From Podarcis muralis (lineage: Eukaryota), in assembly GCF_964188315.1 (NCBI RefSeq), contig NC_135655.1, positions 29,636,001 to 29,700,000 of the forward strand: a stretch of 64,000 nucleotides of DNA, written 5' to 3'. Shown piece by piece: positions 1-15,000 of this stretch. Positions within the stretch are counted from its first letter, which is position 1. Each line of letters starts with the position of its first letter. The notes beneath the pieces are model-generated. The model was not told the DNA's origin. It did not search any database and worked only from the letters and a program-made list of their open reading frames with translations. The position numbers and the translations under genes are program-made.

Positions 1-307
1 GTTATCCATTCTTGCTTTCAGAAAACCATTTTTTCCCATCCTGATAATCATTTCAGTAACTCCTTTCTTTTCTCTGACACATTTTATATATAAGGCCATC
101 AACTGAAAGCCTACTCAGAGTGTTATGGGTCAAAAGCAAACTTTGGGCCTATATGTGTGTGTCTGTGTCTGTCTGTATCACATTTTGCCCTGGGAGTTGT
201 GGACAGGAAATATATACAGAGTTGGAGATTGAAGCCCAGCTACTGTAACACCTTTGAAGTGGCATGTGGTTCCCTCCTGACCCTTTTGCTTCTGTGCTTC
301 CCTCAAG

Positions 308-1874
<1,567 letters not shown>

Positions 1875-3699
1875 CGCAGAAAAAAACCCCCCAAAAGACG
1901 TGGAGAGCAGGACATTTTTGGTCTCCCGCGCGACTAGGGAGTATAACAGGGCCTCTTTTCTTCTCTCTCCTCCCCTCAGCTTTTATGTCAACAAAGGCCT
2001 CCGCTTCAGAATGGCTACAGAGCCGCTGCTTGTTTTGCATTCCCTTGGCAACCAGGTAGTCTGTAGGAAACCTTAGTGCAAACTCTACAGTGGCTTCTGC
2101 CCTGTCTTCTACATAGGGGCCTCCAGTTTCTTTCCTGACTTCCTCGTTACCCAAAAGTTGCCACAATTGGCCCAAATGGGCTGTACCAGAAGGCTTGCTA
2201 TGGCCATCCTGAGGGATTATAGGGATGGGAAGAGCCAGAGGGAAAGGGGGGGGAAGGTGTCTTTCAAAAGGCCCATTGTGACTCGTTTTATACTGCACAC
2301 AAGCTGTCGCACAAAGGCAGAGTGGGAGATCTTATGGCCTAAAACTCTAATCGGGTGCTTGAAGGTTTTGCATAGAGTCTGTAAGCAGTCTCCAGGTGGA
2401 TGACTCAATACACCTAAATTCTGTTTTTAGCTAAAAGGGAAACTTGGTTGGACATATTGAGAGTGACAGATCTGGCTTCAAGCATCTGTTGTCTTGGTGT
2501 AGTCCTGGGGCAAGAGAAAGGATGATGTTCCACACAGTTTGGGAGAAACTGGGATGGAGGGGTGCTGGATTGTGTGTGCGTGCTTTGGGATGTAAGTTCT
2601 GGGATGTATTGTGAAAACACATCCCCTAAAGTGGATGAGTAGCAGACGAAGCCAACCCTTCTTGCTGGGTTGATAGAACAATCTGGGTCTCATTTCTACC
2701 CAGCAAGTCTGATAAGGAAGCAAGCAAATGTTTTAAAACTTATTCTTCTCTTCAGGCCAGAGGCAGGGCAGAAAACTAAGCCCAACTCATTTATAAGACT
2801 CCAGGGGAGGAATTGAACATCTTGCCCTTCTGGTCATTCTGTCAACACAAGCATTTCGGCTTGCAAGACGGGACAGTCCTGAGCACAGTTCCCCTCCCCC
2901 CCCAAAAAAACCCCTGAACCAATTGGAGGGGCAGGGGGAGGAGAGTTGGGGGCAGGGTGAAGTCCTTGTTCAAGGCTTCTGCTGACAAGACTCGATCCTA
3001 AGCCAGGTCCTCGGAAAAGTTGCAGTTCTGAGCAACCTCAGTCAATAGCATGGGGAAGAACAAAGTCCATGTCCTCCAGCCAAACCATTTCAATTTCATA
3101 TACCAGAGGTAGCCAACACAATTCTTTCCAGTTGTTGGACACCACCTGCAACATCTGGAGCTCCAGACAGCACAGCCAGTAGTCAGGGATGATGGAAGCT
3201 GTAGTTCAGCCACATCTAGCCACCCCTGATATAGAACTTCATTCTGAGTTTTGGATCTGATGTTTGGCAGAGGATTGGTTGAAACAACCCAGTCATGGAT
3301 TTCTCACGTTGCTGTTTGGTTTCTCAACTTGGGAGGGAAAGATCCAACTTCCAATTTTCATCCTTCTGTTTTGTTTTGGGATTTTAACTTTTGGTCTAGT
3401 TCCTTTATCATTGGCAGTAAAGGGACAGGTTTGCCTCTTGATACAGTGGATGACAGCTGGGTTGTGAGTGAAGGAATTAGTCCTAGAGCTATTGGTGCTC
3501 TAGAGCTTTAAATAAAGCAAGCCCACAATTCTGTGCAAAGTAGTTGTGCAAACTTGCATATCTGTCTTGCACAATTTAGTCTACTTTTCCTAGTTTTGAA
3601 GAAGGGCAAAGAGCCATCAGACTGAATCCCTTGTTTTCTGTTCCATTTTGTGAAATTTTGCCAGGAATCAGCTGGAAAGGTGTTCCTTTTTTTAAGAAA

Positions 3700-3705
3700 A
3701 ATAAA
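3700..3705 (+). terminator. Poly(A) signal candidate, ISM2
   Basis: AATAAA at 3700, with another at 3511; the site actually used cannot be resolved from sequence. Confidence 0.3.
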
Positions 3706-6700
3706 CTTAAAATTTTAGAGTGCTAAATTTTGTACTCAGTACCAACTTCCACATTTGCATGCAGAGCATAGCCGCCATTTTAGTACTCTCTGGTAGCCAG
3801 AAAGTCTGCCTAGGCGCTCCTAATCTTTTCTCTGTACTTTGAGAACTAGGAGGTTTCTCTTCTCTTAATATTAAAGGTCATATTTTCAAGATTCTGTATT
3901 ATAATGTAGCTTCTGCATTATCTGTCATGCAGATTCCTACGACAACGTTCACCCTTCCCTGATGCTCTGTAAGGTGTTTGCCAGCTTGGGGACACATCTC
4001 TCGTTCCTGCTGAAGTCAATAGCAATAACTCTAATTGGTTTGCAATCAAGTAAGATTGCTGCCTTGGCCTTTATACCAAGGTTCTTTTGAGCCAAGGCCA
4101 CATTCATGCCATACTTTTAAACCACTGTTACCATTTTAAAAAGTTGTGGCTTCCCTCAAAGAATTATGGGAGCTGTAATTCATTCAGGATGCTGAGAGTT
4201 GTAGGAGAAGCCTATTCCCATCATAGAGCTCCCACAATTATTTGGGAGGAGCTGTGATTATTTATAGTGGTAGCCTAGTGCTTAAAATGTATCATGTGAA
4301 AGTGGATTTGGCCGCTGACTCCAAGGACAGGAGCCTTTTGTTGGACGATGATCCAGAGTCCAGAACCATTTTCTTTCACAGGACATGCACAGCCAGAAAT
4401 TGGACGCTTGTGTGCTGTCCCTTCTTCTACCAGTTTTATTAGTGATGTCTTAAGTTTATGGAACTTCATCTTATGGCCTTTAGTCCCCTTTAAGTGATGA
4501 TTGGCCTTATAGGCATTCCAGCAAATTTTGTTGTGTGTTCCTGGTGGCACAACATGTCTGGCAGACTCCATGATGGACAAGCCATGATCTCAAGATGTTT
4601 GGACCACTCAAAAGACTGTTGGGGGAGAGGAGAAGTAGGTCAGCTTGGGCATTGCAACAAGACCCTTCTTTCTTTTTAGAGTATCTCCTTAAAAAAAACC
4701 ACAAAACCTCTCTTTCTCCCTTAAAGCTCACGCTTATTGCACAGGACTGACACAGGCTGTTGGACTGGGGTGGTTCTGCTATGGCACCTAGTAACTACAT
4801 TAGGAATCAGTAGGTCTGCTGTCTTATCTGGACTTCCTGAGTGAAAAATGTACCTGCGATCCTGGAAATAACGAAGGTGCTAGGGAGTTTTGTCCTATTC
4901 TATTGCTCGCTTCTATCTTCTGCTTCTGTCTCCAAACAGAATCTTAAGCTGGTGCATTTTGCTGCATTCAGTGGCTTGGCTTGTTTATGGCTCTACCTTG
5001 TAAGTTGCTACCATCAGATGCTGTCATTCTCTATCCCAGGATTAGGTGAGCTTTTCTGTTGGGGGCCACATTCCCTGGCAGAAATAGTCTGTCAGGGGCC
5101 ACATTCCAACAGCACGTGGGACCCAGAGTCAAAGGTAGGTGGGGCCGCCACCTTTCTTTCTCTCTCTGCCACCCTCTTTCCCCATATTTTTGCCCTGAAA
5201 CTAGGTCCAGGACTACGTCTTAGGGCCACAGGTCATGTCCCCCTCCTGCTGCAGCCCTTTCTTTGTGGCATCTTCTCTCAGCTCAGGCTGTTGTGCTTAG
5301 AAAATTGTGCTCATAAAACCAAAAAGTGTGCTGGCAGAGAAAATAAGTGTTTAGGAAGAAGAAGCATAATGAAATAAATTTGAATACTTTGAGGACTACA
5401 GCAAGTGCAGGCAGATGAATGCGGAAAGTTGCTGGTGAAGCCAAAATGAAGGCTGCAGCCTGCCACTTACTGATTGTTGTACTTCCAGAGCCTTCTTATT
5501 CCACACCCCTCCTATTCCCTATCACGGCCCTGCTCACATCTGATATAGCGGGGTCCGTTGTCAATAAATGTTGATCTTTAATTGCTCACAGGCAAAGAAT
5601 AGCCAACTGTTGACCCACTGGCAAAATGTGTCCCACAGCAAAAGATAGGCATAGCTTGACCCGGCAGTGTGTGGAGCCAAAGTGGGTGGAATTTGAAGGC
5701 TTGCAAAATAGCTCTCACCCCTCAATCCCTTCTCTCTCTCTCCTGTCTTTGCTCACATACAAACACGTAAAGGGGAAGTGATTTCTAGGAGGACTTCTCA
5801 AAGAGCAACAGTGAGACTAGATAACAATGGGGAAAGGCTTAGCTTTCATCATTGGGTGGGTGGAGCATGTATGAGTCACAGATGCCTGTCGGAGTTTGAT
5901 CTCTCTACCACTAGCGTATCAAATGCCACTGTTTTCACAAGCACCTTAGACTCCCAGAAAGTGTTGCGGTCTCATTTGGGTGAGTATATACCAAGGAACA
6001 AGGGTTTATTTTTATACCATGTAACTAAGATTCTGTCTGGCGATTTCTATTTAAGCTATATTAAAAAGAAAAGAAAAAAGTATTGTATATTGTCCCTGCC
6101 ACATAATTTTATTGCTATATCAGCACACTGTTGTATAAAGATATTGTTAGTTCAACAAAAATGGCATTAACGAGATCTCCTTTATCTGAATTTAGATGAA
6201 AGCACTTTATTTCAAAGTACATGTGTTTGTGACCAACATTATTCAGATATAATATTGCTGGGCGGTTTAGTTCATTTTGAAATGGACGGCGCAGCCCCAA
6301 ATGATGCGCATTTTAGTTATGTGTCATTAGCTCCGTCAGTCAGGACCCGGGGAACTTTGCAGTCTCCCTGGGCATTCTATTGGGTGAACCTAGGAGAAAA
6401 GGGGCACCCAGGTATTTTCTATCAGGGCAAAGACACATGGAGAAGGAAAACCCCAGAAGAATCTTTGTTCTAGCTTGGCTAGGAACCACTCTATCCTGTG
6501 GCATTTTGAGATTCCTCGCTGGGTGGGGTGGGGGTGGAGGTGGGGAAGGGTCTTTTGGGAACTGCACACTGCCTTGTTTTCCAAAGAGGAGTGAATGTTT
6601 TTGATGTGGTTCTGTGGATTGGAGGATTGGGCCAGGTTCCTACTTCATGGCTGGTTCACTCGTCCCAAGTTTTTCCACTGCTTTTCAGTCTTCTCCTTGT

Positions 6701-7598
6701 ACAGTATTTATTGCTTGTAATGATTATGATAGCAGAAAGGAATGGACATTCTAGCAGTGCTGAATGAGACCTCGCTCTTGGAGGATATATGTGTGTGTGT
6801 GAAGTGCCAAAAGGTAAGCAAGATGACCGTTGTCTCTTTAAATGAATAAACTCTATTGTTAACAAACTGCAAATAGCCCACGTCTCTCTTATTCAGGGCT
6901 GGTGGAAAGTGAAGACCCTTTCTGCACCTTAATCCTCCAGGGTTTGTAGACTCAATCAAGAGCTGGAACTCTTAAACGCTTGTTTCGCCAGATCTCCAGG
7001 GTAATGAAGTAGGTAGCAGCTGACAGCTACGCTCCAAAGCCAGTTGAGCTGTGTTAATTACCAATTAATATATTGGTTAAGTACAGGAGAATATGATGTA
7101 CTCCTAACTTCTTGAATGAAGCCTGACTCTCTGTGATGACAGTGATCATTTTATTAGCGGCAGCGTTGGCACACTTAGTTATACTAAGAAGGCAGCGATG
7201 GTCTGTTACCCAGTTTACCTACCATGAATTTCATGCAGAATTCTCTTACCATCTCTCTCAAATTCTATCTCGTATCGCCGGCTAGCAGCCCCTTCTTGTG
7301 ATCCAGCCAACTGCTGCTTAACTCCCAGTTACCTCAGTCAACTGTATGAGCTGGGAAAGGCTGCTGTAGTCACAATTAGCCTACACTGGCCTACATGCTC
7401 AGTGGTCTGAGCAATGGTTGCTGTTCTGAGGAAAAGCAGCATATATTTGCATGCAACAGTTTAGTGTTTTGAGATGATGTCAATTAAATGGTATCTCCTA
7501 ATTTCTGATTCTCCTAAAGCAGATTCTCCTGCTACACTTAACCTATTTTGCAACTGTGAGGCCGAAAAACGTCAAGAAAAAGGCGAGACTTTCAATTA

Positions 7599-7827
7599 CA
7601 GTGGTACTTCGGGTTACATACGCTTCAGGTTACAGACTCCGCTAACCCAGAAATAGTACCTCGGGTTAAGAACTTTGCTTCAGGATGAGAACAGAAATCA
7701 TGCTCCAGTGGCGCGGCAGCAGCAGCAGGAGGCCCCATTAGCTAAAGTGGTGCTTCAGGCTAAGAACAGTTTCAGGCTAAGAACGGACCTCCGGAACGAA
7801 TTAAGTACGTAAACCGAGGTACCACTG
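7599..7827 (+). mobile_element. Tc1/mariner (Tigger-like) MITE, CAGTGGTAC-ended, 229 bp
   Basis: TA|CAGTGGTACTTCG ... CGAGGTACCACTG|TA; terminal inverted repeats plus TA duplication; no ORF. Confidence 0.9.
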
Positions 7828-9276
7828 TATATCTTTACATAACACTTGATATCCTACAGTCCCTGCCCTATAACTCTGCTGTCCTGATAAGTCAGTAGCA
7901 GTAACATTTCATTGCTCCATGCATTGCTAACTTCCCGCGCGCCCCCTCAAAAGCCGGAGCCAGCTGTAGCCTAAAGAGTTTAGGAGGGCATCTATTTGTT
8001 GTGCCTCAGGACTCCAGAAACATTCCAGCTGGCCTCCTGCTATAGAGCAACATTAAAGTCCCCCTGTATCTGGTTTGTCTTCAGACAGGTTTACAGCTGG
8101 ACTAAAGCCTGAGGATGGACAAGGACTTGAAGCAAAGCCAAGGGAGGCTAGTCTTTCAATGGGCAGCTGGATCCCCCTTCAGATAAGAATGCAAAGCACT
8201 CTCCACTGGGACCATGAAATGGGTGTGAGCCAGCAGCTAAATGTAGCCAGCATCAGATTTCAAAGTCTTCTGTGAAGCTATAAAGCGAGATCCAGCTGCT
8301 TGGGAGTGGGTGTGTATTTAAGCAACAGGGTGCTACTGAAAAGTTTGATGACAAGCCCAGAAAGAAACCAAAGCCCAGTTCACAAAGCAGGCACTTCTCA
8401 AACAGCTGCCCTGGGTGGGGATAGAGCAATAGCAGATAGTTGATTTACATCATCCAGCTGAAATTCTCTGCAGAAAAGCTGTAATGAGAACTTTCGTGGG
8501 GCATTTAGTTTCCCTCTGACTAGCTGAAGACGCCAAAGCTCCCTTGACTTGCTAATTCACTTCCTATAAAACTCACTTTAGTCTTTTGTACCTCAAAATA
8601 CACCCAACCATTCTCCACCTGGCAAATGGGGGAAATTGCCATTTAACCATGTAAGACCACCAGCTGATCTAGAAATCAATACAGTTAAGAACAAAGCCAA
8701 TAACGTAGTCACTTGTGCCAATGTTGCACAAGGAAGTCAGTGCAGCTCTTGTACAAGCTCACTATCCTAATTCCTTGGGTATTAGCCAATACAAGGCCGG
8801 AAATCACAATGAAGCCCAAAAAATGTTCAGTTACTAAAGATCATGAACATGCTATTTTAGCAAGCAAATAGTGTTTCAGATACATATAGTAAATGAGTTG
8901 CTGGTTCCATGCCCAACACGCAAAGCAGTTTTTTTTGTAGACGAGGCCTGTTTGTTATAAGGGCTGCAATTCTGATAACTGAAAATGGATTAGACATATT
9001 AGCATTGCTCTAAGAACCCAATTTCCAGGGTTTTTTCCTTTCTCAAAAGCAGCATCAATAGAAGTCTGACTCTGATACCACAGTGGATGTGGGAAGCTTG
9101 TTGAGCCCTTCCTCTGCTAGGTTTTGAGAAAACTAATGCTGGAAGGGAGACAACTACAGCCTGAACATCCAGACATTTTCCAGTCCCATTTTGGGTTGGG
9201 AATGGTATGTTATGAGACAAAGCCTTATTTTTCTATATAACATCTATTTTTCGGGGGCTGCCATCTTTGAGGTGCA

Positions 9277-9516
9277 CAGTCAAACCTCGGTTCCTGAATG
9301 ACTCCATTTTGGAATGTTTCAGCTCCCAAACCCCGAAAACCCAAAGTAAATGCTCTGGTTTTCGAATGTTTTTCGGAAGCCAAATGTCCAACGCGGCTTC
9401 CGCTTGAGTGCAAGAAGCTCCTGCAGCCAATAAGAAGCTGTGGCTCAGTTGTCAAACGTTTTGGAAGCCGAACAGGCTTCCGGAACAGATTATGTTTGAC
9501 AACTGAGGTTTGACTG
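9277..9516 (+). mobile_element. Tc1/mariner MITE, CAGTCAAACC-ended, 240 bp
   Basis: TIRs CAGTCAAACCTCGGTT / AACTGAGGTTTGACTG; TA on the right, CA on the left (mutated); homologous to 56507-56731. Confidence 0.8.
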
Positions 9517-9765
9517 TATGTGCTGCTTACCCTTGGGCTTGACTGCTTGAACATACCCAGGACAAAAATGTATACTCATCTGTCTTATGCTCAGCAAAAC
9601 CCAAATTACTTTTCTTGTCAAACGTATTTCAAAACTTCTCATCTAAACCTTGTTTTGGACTACCACTCCATCAACACCAGCCAGCACAGAAAACTGCTCC
9701 AGACTCTCTTCATTCTTTTATAGCGTCAGGCCCTAAATACAAGATGTGTAATAGAAACTTGCTAC

Positions 9766-9789
9766 AGCAGCAGCAGCAGCAGCAGCAGC
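9766..9789 (+). repeat. (CAG)8 microsatellite, intergenic
   Basis: Read directly. Confidence 0.9.
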
Positions 9790-11161
9790 TGTGTAATTTT
9801 AGTGAACAATTGTATTTCATAGAGCCATCCGTCATACTGTCCGCATGCGTAGGATTTACGGCTGGGACTGTCTTACTTTGGCAGGAGAATCAGGAATGAC
9901 TTCTCCAGATAACCACTGCAAATCAGTTTTCCAGCCATTGATCTTAAGCTTCTAAATATTTGCACCCCATTCTTTAGTCCAGCAATTTGTTCTGGCAGAA
10001 TGTAAACACATAGCATAAGCATAACTAAACCTACTGCAGCTGCTTTTGAAATCTAGAGAGAATTAAGTGCTACCTTGTCACAAACCTACATCCCATTATG
10101 TTGGGGAATACTGCCATCTTGTGAGCAACTTGCCACAATAAATACCAAAGGGAAATTATAAGCTAGAAAGAATCCAATAGAACAGCAGCGCTTGGATGTA
10201 TAGAGTAACAAGATTTGTCACATTACATTTCATAAGCAATAGCTTACTTCTGGAAGACCTATCATTCTCCATACAAGCATCTTAGTAGGCCAGCCTGTTC
10301 CTTGCTGACAATTTTGGCCATTACAGGTTTCAAGAAGTTAATGCACACATTTTCTTCTTGGATTTAGCCTTAGATATGTCCCACACAGTAAGGACATTGC
10401 TGACATAATGGTAGTTTACATTTGTGATTTACCAAGCATAGACGAACCCAAAGTGTAAATGAAATCCTCGCTTGAAAAACAACACAGCTGCCACAAACTG
10501 AGGCAACAATCAGAAATAGACCAGATCAGAAATGTCACACCAGATGTCTCTTCCAATAGTCAACAACATTGTATTAGAGGGGTGTGGTGCATCTTTAATT
10601 AGCACATCAAACCCTTCCTCCCACTTTTAGACTTAGCTCCTCGTTTCCTCAATATGTCAACAAAATCTGAACACAAAACTGCAAACTCTCTAAAAAGAAG
10701 CCTGCAACAGAAATTGCACAAAGTATGCAAAATAAGTTTGTTGTAGATATTTGTGCCAATTTAATTTAATTGTAGAATGTGGGGCTTTCAACTGTAACAT
10801 TTTGGAATTATTCCCAAGAATGCAGTTTTGGATAGGCTAATGGAACATCACTTACATCCTCCAAGACTGTATTAGAAGCATATGTTGAATCACTCTTAGT
10901 TGCTATCACCATCTCTCTGCAAAATGTGTAAAACAGCCTGTTCTTTTTGAAGTGTGGCAGAAGCTACATCCTCCAACAATCCTATCATGGCACAATTCTG
11001 AAGAGATCTGAGGACCGCAGTTACAGCACATGAAAAGGCTTTCTATCCTATGCCTTTCAGTTTTCCTGTTGTAATTAACAGTTCAAATGCATTTTATGCA
11101 GCAATACCCACCACCACCACCATGGGAAAGGCTCTAGCACTGTAAAAAACCCAGATATATA

Positions 11162-11387
11162 CAGTGGTACCTCGGGATAAGTACTTCATTCGTTCCGGAG
11201 GTCCGTACTTAGCCTGAAACTGTTCTTAGCCTGAAGCACCACTTTAGCTAATGGGGCCGCCTGCTGTTGCTGTGCCGCCAGAACACAATTTCTGTTCTCA
11301 TCCTGAAGCAAAGTTCTTAACCTGAAGCACTATTTCTGGGTTAGCAGAGTCTGTAACCTGAAGCGTATGTAACCCGAGGTACCACTG
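11162..11387 (-). mobile_element. Tc1/mariner MITE, same subfamily as 7599-7827, opposite orientation
   Basis: TA|CAGTGGTACCTCG ... CGAGGTACCACTG|TA; the interior is the reverse complement of the 7599 copy. Confidence 0.9.
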
Positions 11388-11656
11388 TAATGCTGAAGTC
11401 ATATACAACTGTGGCTTAAGATGCTGCTGCCCACAACTCTCAATGCTTTCATTCTGCTTCCTTTTAAGGGGTTTAATAAGGTATAACTTGGGAAGAGCCA
11501 GGATTCTGAGTTTGATGGGCATTACAGATTTCTGCTACTAATGCCTGTTCACAGATAAAAGGCCACCACAGAGATAATACAGCTGCGCACCCGTCAGAAG
11601 AAAACAAGAAATATGTCATTAGCCCAAGATGTGTTGCAAACTTTTCTAAGGAATTT

Positions 11657-11677
11657 CCTAACCCTAACCCTAACCCT
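11657..11677 (-). repeat. Short telomere-type (TTAGGG)3.5 tract
   Basis: The plus strand reads CCTAACCCTAACCCTAACCCT. Confidence 0.7.
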
Positions 11678-11811
11678 GCAAGCTGGAATACGAGGCCTCT
11701 GTCTTTTGCCTTCTAGTCTCTATTATAGAAGCAAGACTACTACTTAGCTGAAATATCTTCCCTCCTATCTCTCTACTCAGATAAGAGCCAGTACGTCTTC
11801 TTTAAGTTATG

Positions 11812-11817
11812 TTTATT
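11812..11817 (-). terminator. Poly(A) signal candidate, AHSA1
   Basis: AATAAA on the minus strand about 230 nt after the stop codon. Confidence 0.6.
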
Positions 11818-12049
11818 TAGCAATACGGGTGTATATACATTTATGAGAATCCACCTTTTGAATCCCCTGCAGCAGGAGACATGCATGAGCAGTGACAAGT
11901 TGGAATCTGTGCTGCTCAGTGGCCTTCAAGGCCATCCGGCCATCCTGCTTATCACAACAGTGAAACAAAGGATAAGAAAGGGACAGACAAGAAGCAAATC
12001 AGTTCACACGGCAGAATCTTTGGGTAGAGACTCTCCGCAGTAGCCAGTG

Positions 12050-15000
12050 TTAAAACAATCGGGCTCCATAACCAAACGTCTGTTTTATGCCCTCAAAGTA
12101 GTATCGTTGCCAGCCCTCCCTTGTTCTCTCTTCTTCGTTGGCTGGGATGCCCCTTCCTTCCAGGCGGATTTCTGTTTCACCAGCTTTGTCGATGAACGTC
12201 AAAGTGATGGTTGCAAAGTGTCCTAAAAGAGCCAAAGAAAAACCCCAACATTCAGCAGTGTGACACAGCCTGGAGAAACACAGCCAGACAAACTATCTGC
12301 TTCTTTCCTGATATGGTTAAGAGAAGAAATCTGCTCTTCTTCCCAAGATTGCAACAGCTGGGAAACACTCAACTCTTAACCAATCTACCCTTTAAATATG
12401 TCATATCCTGTATGATAGGGCAGATTCCCAGTACAGTGGTACCTCGCAAGACGAATGCCTCGCAAGACAAAAAACTCACTAGACGAAAGGGTTTTTTGTT
12501 TTTTGAGCTGCTTCGCAAGACAAATTTCCCTATGGGCTTGCTTCGGAAGACGGAAACGTCTTGCAAGTTTGTTTCCTTTTTCTTAACACCGTTAATACAG
12601 TTGCGACTTGACTTCGAGGAGCAACTCATAGCACGCGGTGTGGTAGCCTTTTTTGAGGTTTTTAAAGACTTTGGTGATTTTTGAAGCTTTTCCAAAACTT
12701 TCTCGACACCGTGCTTCGCAAGACGAAAAAAATCGCAAGACGACAAAACTCGCGGAACGAATTAATTTCGTCTTGCGAGGCACCACTGTAATAAGTACAG
12801 CCAATGCACGAGTTGCCGTACAAGCCAAGCAAAAACATAGCACAACCAAGGCCAAGGCTAGTAACCAACTGGGAAATGCTTGTGCTTTCAAGCATCTTAC
12901 AATTTAATAATGGGCACCTACTGCTAGTACAACATAGTCAGAGTATAGCTGAAGCATATGTCATTTTCTACTTTGTTATATGAAGTAGAATAACTTACCC
13001 TCTGGCCATGTTTTAAATCTCCACTTCATTGCAATCTGCTTCTCAGGAACCTGGAAAGGAAGGAAAGCCTAGTTATCTAGCAGGTATATTTTCATTTGAA
13101 TACCAAGAGAGTGACAGAGATTATACTGAAAAAAGCTGGGGGGGGTGTCAATATTATGTGAGAGTAGCTCAGGGTCTAAATACATATAACGCTTAATGAG
13201 TAATGTGCAACTACATCTCTTTTTTCTATAATTAACAAGCGCAACAGAGCAACTGTTATCAGAACTGCACTGTGCAAAGAAAGGAGGTTCTATCTGTCTG
13301 TCTGTCTAATTCCTCCACCTCCTTTCCCAGTCCAGGACTCAAGGCAGCTTATGCAGATAAAACAGAAATAGCTAAAAACACAATAAAGACAATCATTTAA
13401 AGGTAATGAAATATAAATAAAATAGTGTTTAAAAGATCCATTAAGAAACAACAACAGCAATAAAAACATCACAAAACCAGCCCTTTCCTCAAAATACCAA
13501 CTCCTATTGTAGAGAGATTTATTGAGATCAAAATGATCTAAGTTTAGCTACAGTTCACCAAGCTTGCCTTCATAACATTTCTTCTCTGAACCAGACATGG
13601 TTCAGAAATAACCACAGTTTAGAAGGATGAAGGTTGCTGTGCATACACTGTCTCCTCCCCTCCCCTCCTGCTCTGTAGTGAATAACCTCCAGGATTTCTT
13701 AAACTGATTACCTGTTACATCTAAACCAGGAAAGCATCATTTTCATTCTGACAGTGCAAAGGGGAAGGAGGAAGGAGCATAAAGGTGCAATGCTTGTGCC
13801 TGCCTAATCAAACTGAGTTTGTTATGTCTGAACTCGGCCAATATTATCCATTTGTTTTTTGGAAAAGATGTGTATTTCCACCTAAACCATCAGCAACACA
13901 AAAGAGTCTATCCAATTTTAGACTTGGTAAGGTAGTACAGGCATTAGCATTATTATTACTATTATCATTATCTGTACAACACCCTTCATCCAAAGATCAC
14001 AGGGCAGTTCGCAACATAAATGTTCAGAGCATTACAAAAGAAACAGATCATGGGCTAAAAAGAAGGCACGTCCCAGCTACTGAGCAACAGAAAATGTATT
14101 GTCAACAGTACTTACTAGTTCAGTGAACTCTCCAGTGACACTGCCGTCTAGCAGCTGGAATTTTCCTCCTTTGTCAGCCTCCAAAAAGGCAGGTGAGTGA
14201 GTAAAAGCCTGGACCATCTGCAGAAAAAAAAAAATTATGATCATTATGCATTAAAATGACCATGACTTCCACCCAATCTACTGAAACAACAGAAACAGAT
14301 GCTTGATTCCAGCACTCTGGAATCTGAGTCCTGATTCCAGTACCATCTCCCACTGGGGACGGGGGCACTTTCAAGGATGAAAGTAGCACCTCTTGGCTGC
14401 CACTTCATTTCCAATTAAGCAGAAGCAAATGCTCATCTCGGTGGGAGCTTCTTTGGAAGTAGGTCTCCTGCTGAAAGAACATATAACCCTTCCAGACTGA
14501 GAAGAAACAAGGTGACCCATAATCCTTGAAATATTTCCTAAAGGCCTAGAGGTCGCTTCTGCTGCAGAGTACCAACCACAACACCCTCTGTGTGTGAGCT
14601 AATAGGAGAAACATGGGGAGGACGTTAGTCTGAACAACCAGCAGAGATATTTATAACCAAATCTAATCTAAAAAGTGTACAAGGACTTCTCGACAGAAAA
14701 GGACCTGTAGACAGACCTGCAACTTACCTCTTGTGTGATAAACACTCTATACAGTTCATCTGGAGATGTTAAGAAAACGTCCTTCAAGTTTATCTTGCAA
14801 GTAGGAATTTTGACTCCTATCGATTTGGATTTAAGTGCATTGCCAGCAACTGGTTCAGTGGTCTAAAAATAGAATAAGTTACAATGAAGAACATATATTA
14901 ACTGATAGCTTATTTTGTTAGTTGATTTACAAACTTTTTTAAAAAAAGAACAGCACTCAAAATACAATCTAAAAATTGTGAAAACAATAGAAACTATATG

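Noticed and set aside
4841-5377. 178-aa plus-strand ORF
   Set aside because: Starts at GTG, has no recognisable domain, and overlaps degenerate repeat fragments.
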